Shown here piece by piece: positions 50,644-59,701 of a stretch of 64,000 bases of DNA. Within the stretch, counting starts at the first letter, position 1, and every line of letters begins with the position of its first letter. The notes under the pieces are model-generated. The model was given only the letters and a program-made list of their open reading frames with translations, searched no databases and was not told the origin of the DNA. The position numbers were made by a program, and so were the translations under genes. The DNA is from an uncultured delta proteobacterium (GTDB lineage Bacteria; Desulfobacterota; Binatia; Bin18): the NCBI GenBank assembly GCA_963733195.1, contig CAVTCR010000086.1, forward strand, positions 1-64,000, in the 5' to 3' direction.

Positions 50644-52182
50644 ATGGCAGTCAAAACCCCAAGCGTCGACGACCTAGCTCACGTCGCAGAAAGCCTTTCA
50701 CTCAGTGTGACGACTGAAGACCTGGAATCTTTTCGTGGACTAATGGCGAACTCGATCGCTTCGTATTCGCGACTCGACGAACTCATTGAGCCCACCATCC
50801 CAGTCAAGTATCCGCGGACGTCAGGTTTCCGTCCGCAGCCGGAAGATAATCCCTACAATGCGTGGTATTGGCGCACAGACATCAAAGGCGCATCATCTGG
50901 TCCGCTCAAAGGCAAAACCATCGCGATTAAGGATAACGTCTGTGTGGCTGGTGTGCCGATGATGAACGGCTGTGCGGTGCTTGAAGGGTACGTTCCTGAG
51001 ATCGACGCGACGATCGTCACGCGTATTCTCGATGCTGGCGGAACGATTCTGGGCAAAGCCGTGTGTGAAAATCTGTGTCTGTCTGGTGGTAGTCACACGA
51101 CCGCTACTGGTCCGGTGCGGAATCCACATAAAGCAACACATTCGACCGGTGGGTCATCGAGCGGCAGCGGGGCACTCGTCGCTGGCAAGATTGTCGATAT
51201 GGCGATTGGTGGAGACCAGGGCGGCTCGATTCGCATGCCGAGTTGCTGGTGCGGTATTTACGGTCATAAGCCAACCTATGGACTGGTGCCATACACTGGC
51301 GCGTTTCCCATCGAACTTACGCTTGATCATGTTGGCCCAATGGCGCGGACAGTTGCTGATGTTGCCTTATTGCTCGAAGTCATCGCTGGACCAGACGGAC
51401 TCGATCCGCGACAACGTGCGGGACTCAAAGGTGAAGCATACACCAAAGCGTTGACTGGCAACGTGAAAGGGCTGCGTCTCGGGGTCGTCAAGGAGGGCTT
51501 CGGTTGGCCAGGATTGTCAGAAAAAGATGTCGACAAGAGCGTAGAACAGGCCGCGCAGAAATTCACGAAATTAGGTGCAACCGTAAAGACGATTTCTATT
51601 CCCTGGCATCGTGAAGGTATTCATCTGTTCACCCCCATTGCAGCTGAGGGAGCAACAATGTTGATGGTGCTGGGTAACAGCATGGGCACCAACTGGAAAG
51701 GGCATTACACAACTAGTTTGTTGGATGCGTTTGCGCGTGGCCGGCTCACTCGTCCGGACGATCTGTCAGAGACGGTGAAAATGTTCACTATGCTAGGCGT
51801 CTATATGCAGGACCGGTACCACGGACGGTATTATGCGAAAGCACAAAATCTCGGGCGGTCACTAACGGCGGCGTATGATGCGGCCTTCCGTGAGTGTGAT
51901 CTATTAGTGATGCCCACACTCCCCTTAAAAGCCACCAAGATTCCCGCTGCAGATGCGAGTCGCGAGGAGTATGTAACACGGGCCTTAGAAATGATCGCCA
52001 ACACCTGCCCATTTGACATCACCGGCCATCCGGCAATTACCGTTCCGTGTGGCATGTCAGAAGGATTGCCAGTCGGCATGATGCTGGTTGGACGGATGGG
52101 CGAAGACGCCACCGTGTTACGTGCAGCAGATACATTTGAAAAGCACGTGTATGCAGCACCAGTACCGAAGGGGGTGAAGTAG
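50644..52182 (+). CDS. Amidase-signature family enzyme
   Basis: IKDN, GGSSSGSG, GGDQGGSIRMP. Confidence 0.93.
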   Translation: MAVKTPSVDDLAHVAESLSLSVTTEDLESFRGLMANSIASYSRLDELIEPTIPVKYPRTSGFRPQPEDNPYNAWYWRTDIKGASSGPLKGKTIAIKDNVCVAGVPMMNGCAVLEGYVPEIDATIVTRILDAGGTILGKAVCENLCLSGGSHTTATGPVRNPHKATHSTGGSSSGSGALVAGKIVDMAIGGDQGGSIRMPSCWCGIYGHKPTYGLVPYTGAFPIELTLDHVGPMARTVADVALLLEVIAGPDGLDPRQRAGLKGEAYTKALTGNVKGLRLGVVKEGFGWPGLSEKDVDKSVEQAAQKFTKLGATVKTISIPWHREGIHLFTPIAAEGATMLMVLGNSMGTNWKGHYTTSLLDAFARGRLTRPDDLSETVKMFTMLGVYMQDRYHGRYYAKAQNLGRSLTAAYDAAFRECDLLVMPTLPLKATKIPAADASREEYVTRALEMIANTCPFDITGHPAITVPCGMSEGLPVGMMLVGRMGEDATVLRAADTFEKHVYAAPVPKGVK

Positions 52183-52257
52183 GCTCGACTTTCACCTTAG
52201 TCTCTGCAGAGTGGTGTGCATTGAGGCAGACTTTGAAGTCGGATACAGTTTGCACGT

Positions 52258-52521
52258 ATGCAAGCAAAGAAAAAAGTGTCAGTGACTGTGCCTGAAGAAC
52301 TTCTTGAAGAAGTCGATCGCGTCGCAGGGACCTTGAGTCGTAGCGTCGTCTTCGAGCAAGCTCTTATTTCCTGGCTCCGCCAACATCGGCAGGCAAACCT
52401 CGACCACGCCATTGAACGCTATTACAGCTCCTTGAACCAAGATGAGCGCGCAGAGGACGCGGCATGGGCCGCCCTTGGCAACGACACTGTTCGCGATTGT
52501 TGGGAGGAGTCTGACGAGTGA
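52258..52521 (+). CDS. Ribbon-helix-helix (CopG) antitoxin
   Basis: KVSVTVPEELLEEVD...SRSVVFEQAL. Confidence 0.75.
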   Translation: MQAKKKVSVTVPEELLEEVDRVAGTLSRSVVFEQALISWLRQHRQANLDHAIERYYSSLNQDERAEDAAWAALGNDTVRDCWEESDE

Positions 52522-52586
52522 CGCCAATTGTCGTTCCGATTTCCACGGTCCTACGCGAAGCACCAACTCATGTGAGATTACAGTAG
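52518..52586 (+). pseudogene. Remnant of PemK/MazF toxin
   Basis: GTGA overlap with antitoxin stop; VTPIVVPISTVLREAPTHVRLQ* resembles an internal PemK segment. Confidence 0.5.
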
Positions 52587-52629
52587 TGGGTCAGTTTCCC
52601 GTTTCGGCTCAGGAGGAACTCTACGTCCT

Positions 52630-52722
52630 TGTCATGCTGAGGAGCCCCGCGACGAAGCATCTCTCAGACTGGCGTACGGAGGGGAGAGATTCTTACTCTG
52701 CTCCGCTTCGTTCAGAATGACA
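52630..52722. repeat. Palindromic REP-like element
   Basis: TGTCATGCTGAGGAG...GAGATTCTT...TCAGAATGACA. Confidence 0.78.
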
Positions 52723-52899
52723 TTCCCATGGCTTTACTGCCAAACTGACCCACCTCTCAATCTCCCGATCGCTCAATAGTTCACTAGTTTGATGACTCAA
52801 TCTCTCAATTCTTCACTCCTTCTTCTCATTCTCAATTTTTCATTTTTAATTCTTAATTCATTTGAGGTTACCTCGCCTTGAAGTACGCAAGTGTTCAGA

Positions 52900-52924
52900 C
52901 GTGGACTCCTTTGCTGAGTCCACG
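52900..52924. terminator. Hairpin downstream of the minus-strand TA pair
   Basis: CGTGGACTC-ctttgct-GAGTCCACG, 9 bp stem; no clear U-tract. Confidence 0.4.
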
Positions 52925-52959
52925 CAAACACGAAATCTTTGCCGGAACGTAGGAATCGC

Positions 52960-53334
52960 CTAAACAGTGATCTCGACTTGGATCTTATCCACAGTCACAC
53001 AGGGCACCACTTTTTTTCGCCCCTTCGTTGTTTTCCGCAACTCGATGAGTCCAATATTGGCGAGGATGGCAAGGTCGTCGTTGATATTCTTGAGATCTCG
53101 TCCGAGCAACTGCGCTAACTCATAGATGGAACCTGGACGCTGTTCCTTAATGACATGCAACAGTTCGAGACGGCGGGGAGTGAGAATCCTCCGCATTGCT
53201 TCATAACTGGTGAAGTTGACATCATGAATCTTCGGGATACTTCGTCCAGCGGAGAGCTGCTCCATCGCCTCTCGGGTCTCGTGAAGCACGGTAGGAAGAT
53301 CTTTGACGCCTATTTTGATATTGCGCACCTTCAT
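52960..53334 (-). CDS. HTH antitoxin/regulator (HVO_A0114-like)
   Basis: LTPRRLELL...PGSIYELAQLLGRDLKNINDDL. Confidence 0.8.
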   Translation of the reverse strand: MKVRNIKIGVKDLPTVLHETREAMEQLSAGRSIPKIHDVNFTSYEAMRRILTPRRLELLHVIKEQRPGSIYELAQLLGRDLKNINDDLAILANIGLIELRKTTKGRKKVVPCVTVDKIQVEITV

Positions 53335-53618
53335 ACGCGTCCTTTCTGTATGTCCGTCAAGTCTCGCAAGAAGTCTTCCACAAGGGCAGCCGGAGAACGG
53401 AAAGTGTAGGGATACCCTTTCGCCTGTATATGTCGATGGTCTCGACCGTGCGCATTGTCGTAGCCGAGAATACGTTGCCCATCGACGATATACACCAAGC
53501 TGTATTTGAACCCATGCGGTTGTCTTGGGCTCTTGGGAACCTGCCAGACTTTAATCTCCACCAAAGAGCCGTCTGGTTCGACAACACGACGATGGATAAC
53601 CAGTTTGGCCTTCGGCAT
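53331..53618 (-). CDS. DUF6516 (TumE-like) toxin
   Basis: WQVP...HGFKYSL, GYDNAHGRDHRH, LVEDF; ATGA coupling to the HTH gene. Confidence 0.8.
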   Translation of the reverse strand: MPKAKLVIHRRVVEPDGSLVEIKVWQVPKSPRQPHGFKYSLVYIVDGQRILGYDNAHGRDHRHIQAKGYPYTFRSPAALVEDFLRDLTDIQKGRV

Positions 53619-53788
53619 AGGGGGTATTTAACACCCCATATGGGGGAGAGACAAGACAAAGGAAGCCGCGCACTTGGTGGCTTGACCAATAGCGCCACAC
53701 ATCCTTATAACCTCTCTCGGCACATATGCTGCAACACGGAGAAGGCACGGCATGCTGCGCCCCTACATTTCTCTATCTCAACTCTCTC

Positions 53789-54808
53789 TCATCTACGATA
53801 TTCATCCCCACAATCGCCAATCGCTTGATACAAATCGCGTGACTTGCTCACCACCTTCTCGATCTGCGCATGATCTTCAGCATCGAGCGCGAAACCGAAC
53901 GTTCGTGCATTCTCGGCTCGATGCTCGGCAATGCCAAGTCGCGTGCCAACAATCACTCCTCCCACAGCCGGACGATCAAGAATATAGCGCACCGCGACAT
54001 TGGCGATACTCACGTGATGTTTGTCAGCAATCTGTTTAAGGGTAGCGAGGAGTTCTTGAAAAAGACTCCACCCTCCCCACGTATCGATCATCATCTTGTA
54101 TTTTTCCAAGCTAACAGTATTGAGCTCACGTCCACGCGGTTCAGGTTTGCCGAGATACTTCTCGGACAATAGCCCACCGCAAACTGTTCCGTAGGTGAGT
54201 AACTGGATGTTGTGTTCACGACAAAACGGAATCATGGCAATTTCTGGGCGACGATCGACTAGCGAGAATTGCACTTGATTAGAAACAATACGGATACCAT
54301 TGTCAGTGATGATCTTGAGGTGCTCAGTATCGAAGTTGGTGAGCGCCAGGTGACGAATTTTTCCTTCGCTCTGTAATTCCGCCAAGTATTTGAGTGCGTC
54401 GAGGTACCCCGGATCGTCGTATTCCCACCAATGAAATTGGAGAAGATCAAGCGTCGGAACAGCCATACGTCGAAGGGAGACATTGATGGCATTCTCGACA
54501 ATCTGTCGAGTCATGCGTCCAGGCCGTGGTACCCATTTAGTAAAAGCTTGCACGCCGGACCATGCATCTGCTCCACGTGTAGCGATGAGCTGCCGGCGAA
54601 ACTCACCAATGAAATCTTCAGCAGGACCGTAGTGATCGGCGAGATCCCAGGTAGTAAACCCAGCATCGATATAGTCGAACATTTCTTTGATTGCAGCTTT
54701 CGGATCAATGCGACCATGCGCGCCAGACACTTGCCACAAGCCGTTCAGTACACGGCAGATGCGCAGGTCAGGGGTGAGTTGCTGATAACTTTCTACTGGA
54801 AGGGACAT
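53789..54808 (-). CDS. Aldo/keto reductase
   Basis: GLWQVSG, DLADHYG, LDLLQFHWW, SNQVQFS. Confidence 0.92.
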   Translation of the reverse strand: MSLPVESYQQLTPDLRICRVLNGLWQVSGAHGRIDPKAAIKEMFDYIDAGFTTWDLADHYGPAEDFIGEFRRQLIATRGADAWSGVQAFTKWVPRPGRMTRQIVENAINVSLRRMAVPTLDLLQFHWWEYDDPGYLDALKYLAELQSEGKIRHLALTNFDTEHLKIITDNGIRIVSNQVQFSLVDRRPEIAMIPFCREHNIQLLTYGTVCGGLLSEKYLGKPEPRGRELNTVSLEKYKMMIDTWGGWSLFQELLATLKQIADKHHVSIANVAVRYILDRPAVGGVIVGTRLGIAEHRAENARTFGFALDAEDHAQIEKVVSKSRDLYQAIGDCGDEYRR

Positions 54809-54896
54809 AATCGCCTCCTTTCGCAGCCAAAGATAGGCACGTTGACAGCCCAACCGCAAGAATGCCAGACTTGGGCGGCGCAATAGGAGGGACACT

Positions 54897-55988
54897 ATGC
54901 CAGAGACAGCCGAGTTGCGATCACAACGCATCGAAGCCCAAGAAGACGATCCGATTGAACTCCTCTATTCCCGTGGTTTGACCGACGGTCTACCGGTCGT
55001 GCCGCCCACCGAAGCGCGGGTGAGGCGTATGCTTGCAGCCACGGATCGTGATCCACAAGAACTCCTTGGCACCATCGGCCCTAACTATGGTCGTGCAACG
55101 GTCGAAAAGATCGCGATCAATGCGGTCATGGCAGGCTGCCATCCATCGTATTTTCCTACCGTCTTGGCAGTCGTCGAAGCTGCTTGTGAAGACCAATTCT
55201 GCTTGCACGGTATCAACGTGACCACGTTCTCAGCCTCACCGATGATCATCATCAATGGTCCGATTCGCCAGCAGATCGGAGTGAACTGCGGTCATAACGC
55301 GTTAGGTCATGGCTTTCGCGCCAATGCCACCATCGGTCGTGCGCTACGCTTGATGATTATTAATATCGGCGGAGCCAAGCCGCATGAAATCACCAAAGCA
55401 ACAATGGGACACCCTGCACAGTACACATTTTGTGTGGGTGAGAATGAAGAAGAGAGTCCATGGGAACCGTTGCATGTTGAGAAAGGATTTCGGCTAGACC
55501 AAAGCACTGTGACGCTATTCGCTGGTCATTCGCCTTTGCAAATTAACGACCACGCTAGCCGCTGCGCTGAACAACTTGCACTATCACTTGGTTGGACAAT
55601 GGCTGGGTTATGGAATCATAAGAACTTCCCATTGTTTTCAGATACCGTGTTGGTCGTGTGCCCAGAACACGCAAAGACTTTCAAGCAAGATGGCTGGTCG
55701 AAAAACGATCTGCGACAATTCCTTTTTGAAAAGATTCGCCGCCCGTTGCGTGAATTGCGTCCCGGTGTAAATGGTGGTGAAGGCGCTGGGGTCAGTATGC
55801 TGCGGACCGAGAGTAAGACAGATCGTGAACCACCGACTGACGATACGCTTTACCCCAAGTTTGCCAAGGCTGAGACTCTTACTATTATTGTCGCTGGTGG
55901 CACGGCGGGTCGGTTCTCAGCGGCAGTACAGGGCTGGGCAGGCGGCAATGCCGGGAGTAAGATTACCACTAAAGAGATTCATGCATAA
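54897..55988 (+). CDS. Conserved uncharacterised partner of UGSC selenoproteins
   Basis: TDGLPVVPPT, ATVEKIAINAVMAGC, RANATIGRALRL, ENEEESPW, VCPEHA. Confidence 0.75.
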   Translation: MPETAELRSQRIEAQEDDPIELLYSRGLTDGLPVVPPTEARVRRMLAATDRDPQELLGTIGPNYGRATVEKIAINAVMAGCHPSYFPTVLAVVEAACEDQFCLHGINVTTFSASPMIIINGPIRQQIGVNCGHNALGHGFRANATIGRALRLMIINIGGAKPHEITKATMGHPAQYTFCVGENEEESPWEPLHVEKGFRLDQSTVTLFAGHSPLQINDHASRCAEQLALSLGWTMAGLWNHKNFPLFSDTVLVVCPEHAKTFKQDGWSKNDLRQFLFEKIRRPLRELRPGVNGGEGAGVSMLRTESKTDREPPTDDTLYPKFAKAETLTIIVAGGTAGRFSAAVQGWAGGNAGSKITTKEIHA

Positions 55989-56006
55989 TTTGTAAGGAGG
56001 TGACTC

Positions 56007-56552
56007 ATGGGAGAAATGTTTCTCGATCCTACGGATAAAGTAGAACGAACGCACAAAGTGTTCGCCCCACGGTTGGATACGCTTGAGGGGAAAACTATTG
56101 GCTTGCTCGATATCAGCAAGTCCAAAGGCGTATTCTTCCTCGATCGTGTAGAAGAAATCTTGCGTCAGCAGTACGGTGTCAAAGATGTGCTGCGTCGTAT
56201 GAAACCAACAGTGACGCGTCCTGCTCCACAACCCATCAAGACCGAGTTGCAGGAAAAATGTGACGCCGTCATCGAAGCCCTCAGCGATTGAGGGGCCTGC
56301 ATTTCGTGCAGTTCGCACGATGTTGTCTACTTTGAAGAAAAAGGCATCCCGACCGCGAATGTGACCACCACTGAATTTATCGGTGCTGCCCATGCCCAGT
56401 GTTCTGCTTTCGGCATGGCCCAGTACGAACCGATTCTGGTTCAGCATCCCATTCAGCCAAAGACACAAGAAGAAGTCCGTGCACTGGCGGATCAAGTGAT
56501 TGATCAGGTCATTGGCAAGCTGCTCAAACAAAAAGTGCAGAAGGCGGCGTAA
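56007..56552 (+). CDS. UGSC-family selenoprotein (Sec at TGA 56289-56291), 181 aa
   Basis: Readthrough gives EALSD-U-GACISCSSHDVVYFEEKGIPTANVTTTEF..., joining ORFs 56007 and 56361 in frame. Confidence 0.85.
56293..56314 (+). promoter_or_regulatory. Candidate SECIS hairpin
   Basis: CTGCA-tttcg-TGCAG stem, extendable by GGG/TTC, immediately 3' of the TGA. Confidence 0.4.
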
Positions 56553-56574
56553 CTGAACTGAAGAAAAGCCGTCC

Positions 56575-56762
56575 ATGCTTCGACTTCGTCCTATGGACTG
56601 ACGCTCAGCACGAACGGCTCAGCCGAAGCTATCAATAATTTCCGTTTGCCCTGAGCGTAGCGAAGCGAAGTCGAAAGGGTCCCACTTGAAACAGAATTCC
56701 TGAACCGGACACGCGTGGCAGCCCGTCATTCCGGGCGAGCACCGCGAGACCCGGAATCCAGG
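56575..56762. repeat. Cluster of REP-like elements
   Basis: GCTTCGAC...GCTCAGCACGAACGG and inverted partner; 56722-56762 matches 61951-61991 with two mismatches. Confidence 0.8.
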
Positions 56763-57002
56763 TGAAGAGAGATAGGGAGTCTGATACAGAGACGGTTCTC
56801 GCTCCTCTCGGATCTCTATCTCTATACGTCTCTATCGTGTCTGCGGATGCCCGCCCTACATCTCCAGGGCTCTAACTCTGTACGAGAGGAGCCCTTATTA
56901 CTTTTCGCACCTTTTTTGCTGGCTTCCCCTCTTCCAACTATTGGTGAGCAGGCGCAAGATAGAAGTGTAAAATGCACCGCAAGGTGAAAGGAGCGTTCAG
57001 TT

Positions 57003-58382
57003 ATGTCGTCTGCTTCCCTTGTCGAGTCTCCTCCACATCCTACTCCTGCTCTTCCTCCTGGCCCTTCATTACCCGCGCCAATACAACTTTTCCGGTGGCT
57101 TACCCGACCTATCCCGTTTATGGAGGAATGCGCACGGAAATATGGAGATTGTTTTACAATCCGTTTTCCCTCCGGCCCTGGAACGCTCGTGTTCTTTAGC
57201 AATCCGGATGCGGTCAAAGAGATTTTCACGAGCGATCCCGAACAACTACGTGCAGGGGAAGCGAACGTCATTGTCCGACCGCTCCTCGGGGACTATTCGC
57301 TTATACTGCTCGATGGCGTACGTCATCAGCACGAGCGGCGGTTGATGATGCCACCATTTCACGGTGAGCGAATGTATGTCTACGGTGAGGTGATGCAGGA
57401 TCTCACTGATCGCACTATCGACACCTGGCCAGTAGGACAACCGTTCGCGCTGCATCCGCATATGCAGCAGATCACACTTAATGTGATTCTCCGCACGGTT
57501 TTCGGTCTGGCAGAAGATGCAACCCTGGTGCGCTTGCGCACGCTGCTCACGGAAGTGCTGGCTGCTGGAGCAAACCCAATCATGCTTGTTCCGTGGCTGC
57601 AAATTAACTTGGGTCCGTATTCCCCTTGGGGGAAACAAGTGCGACGGCGACAAGAAATCGATCAATTGTTATTCGCCGAATTTGCCCGGCGGCGTGCGGC
57701 TGATTTGGCAGGTCGGGAAGATATTCTCTCAATGCTGATGCAAGCACGAGACGAAGATGGTCAGCCATTAAGTGACCAACACTTGCGGGACGAATTGATG
57801 ACACTCCTGGTTGCTGGGCACGAAACTACGGCCACCTCTCTCGCGTGGATGCTCTATCGCATTCTTAGTCGCCCTGAGGTTCTTGAAAAACTACAAACAG
57901 AACTGCGAGCAGTGTTTGGCACCGGCCCGGTAACTTCGCAACAAATCAATAAGCTCGAATATTTGGACGCAACGATAAAAGAGACGCAGCGGCTCAATCC
58001 TATTCTTCCGGTCGTGGGCCGACGCCTCAAAACACCGACAACTATCGGTGGACACACTCTGCCGGCAGGTGTAGTCGCTATGCCGTGTATCTATTTGACT
58101 CACCATCGCCCTACCCTCTGGCCAAATCCTGACGAGTTTATGCCCGAACGATTTCTCGGCAAAAAGCCGACGCCATGGGAATTCTTCCCCTTTGGTGGTG
58201 GTACTAGGTTCTGCCTTGGTGCTGGCTTTGCCACCTATGAAATGAAGGTCGTGCTTGCGCAGATCTTGTCGCGCACGACATTGCGACTTGCTTCCAAGCG
58301 GCCAATTCGCGTGGTCCGGCGTAGTATCACCTTTGCTCCATCGGAAGGAATGCCGGTCGTTCTTGAGAAACGGGCAGCGTAA
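57003..58382 (+). CDS. Cytochrome P450
   Basis: AGHETT, ETQR (ExxR), PERF, FGGGTRFCLG. Confidence 0.95.
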   Translation: MSSASLVESPPHPTPALPPGPSLPAPIQLFRWLTRPIPFMEECARKYGDCFTIRFPSGPGTLVFFSNPDAVKEIFTSDPEQLRAGEANVIVRPLLGDYSLILLDGVRHQHERRLMMPPFHGERMYVYGEVMQDLTDRTIDTWPVGQPFALHPHMQQITLNVILRTVFGLAEDATLVRLRTLLTEVLAAGANPIMLVPWLQINLGPYSPWGKQVRRRQEIDQLLFAEFARRRAADLAGREDILSMLMQARDEDGQPLSDQHLRDELMTLLVAGHETTATSLAWMLYRILSRPEVLEKLQTELRAVFGTGPVTSQQINKLEYLDATIKETQRLNPILPVVGRRLKTPTTIGGHTLPAGVVAMPCIYLTHHRPTLWPNPDEFMPERFLGKKPTPWEFFPFGGGTRFCLGAGFATYEMKVVLAQILSRTTLRLASKRPIRVVRRSITFAPSEGMPVVLEKRAA

Positions 58383-58630
58383 AAAATAGTAATGAGTAAA
58401 TTTCAATTGGGCTGACCAGGAACATTACCCTCACCCGCACGCGCTCCACCGCGCTCGCCGCGCATGACGAACACTTTCAAAACACTCTCTGAGGAAACCA
58501 TGGAGTAGCGGTATTGGTATCTTTCTCCTTCAATAGTTGACAGATCGGTCCTGAGGGTGCCAGACTCGCAGAGCGAGGGTCTTGAGAAAGACTGTAGCAT
58601 CTTTCCGCAGCACAACAGAAAAAGGAGGAA

Positions 58631-59506
58631 TTGGTGGACAAAATCATCATCAAAGCCTGCCTCAACGGTGCACGAGGTCGGGAACAAAATCCCAACGTGC
58701 CGTGGACTCCAGCCGAGGTTGCCGCAGAAGCGAAACGGTGCAGTGAAGCTGGAGCTTCAATTGTCCATTTTCATGCACGTACAGAGCAGGGAGCCACAAG
58801 TTACGACCCGGCTTGGTATGCGGAAGCCGATCGCTTGATTCGTGCACAAACCTCACTCGTGCTTAATCACACCACCGCTCGAATGCCTGATGCTACCATT
58901 GATCAGGTACTCCACTACCTTCGAGATACCCCAGAGCCGGTAGATATGGTTTCTCTCAATACTGGCAATATCGTCTTCAATACGCCGCTCTCTCACGGTA
59001 CACGGCACACAATTGCGATTCCGAATTCATACGACGACATCCGTCAAACGATTCTCACCTGTCGTGAACGCGGTATCGTGCCAGAGCCAGCAGTGCTGGA
59101 TACCGGCTTCCTTACGAACGTTGCAACCTTGGTTCAAGACGGTTTGCTTTCTACCCCACCCTACCTGTTAGTTGAGTTCTCTGGCCGATTCGGTGATGGT
59201 TTTCAGATCATGCCGGGAACGCCCCGTAGTTATTTTTATATGACAGCTTGTGTTCATGACCTCTTTCCAGAGGCGTTTTGGATTGCCCACGGTATTGAGG
59301 ATAGTGTCTTTACGATCGCCAGTCTCGCCATTGCTACTGGTGCACATGTACGGGTCGGTTTCGAGGACCGGGCAACGTTGGTTGATGGCTCATTAGCAAA
59401 AAGCAGTGCTGACTTTGTCACTTGGGCAGTACAGGTCGCGCGAGCACATGGGCGCGAACCAGCCACACCGCAAGAAGCACGGCGGATGATCGGACTACAA
59501 AAGTAG
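58631..59506 (+). CDS. Beta-keto acid cleavage (BKACE/DUF849) enzyme
   Basis: CLNGAR, VHFHAR, HVRVGFED, ATPQEAR. Confidence 0.9.
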   Translation: MVDKIIIKACLNGARGREQNPNVPWTPAEVAAEAKRCSEAGASIVHFHARTEQGATSYDPAWYAEADRLIRAQTSLVLNHTTARMPDATIDQVLHYLRDTPEPVDMVSLNTGNIVFNTPLSHGTRHTIAIPNSYDDIRQTILTCRERGIVPEPAVLDTGFLTNVATLVQDGLLSTPPYLLVEFSGRFGDGFQIMPGTPRSYFYMTACVHDLFPEAFWIAHGIEDSVFTIASLAIATGAHVRVGFEDRATLVDGSLAKSSADFVTWAVQVARAHGREPATPQEARRMIGLQK

Positions 59507-59701
59507 TTAGTAGTCAGCAGTCAATAGCCAGTCGGAAAAACCGAAGGGAACAGAATCTCACAGTCAGTCATGCCCTCTGTCAACAACGGCGAAAAAGCGT
59601 AGAGAGAAATAACCAAACGTATTTGAGACAGGATCTTACGCACTCCAGCCCTTAATCTTTCTCTTGAGCCAACAATACGATGGGGTGCCCACGCAGGACG
59701 T

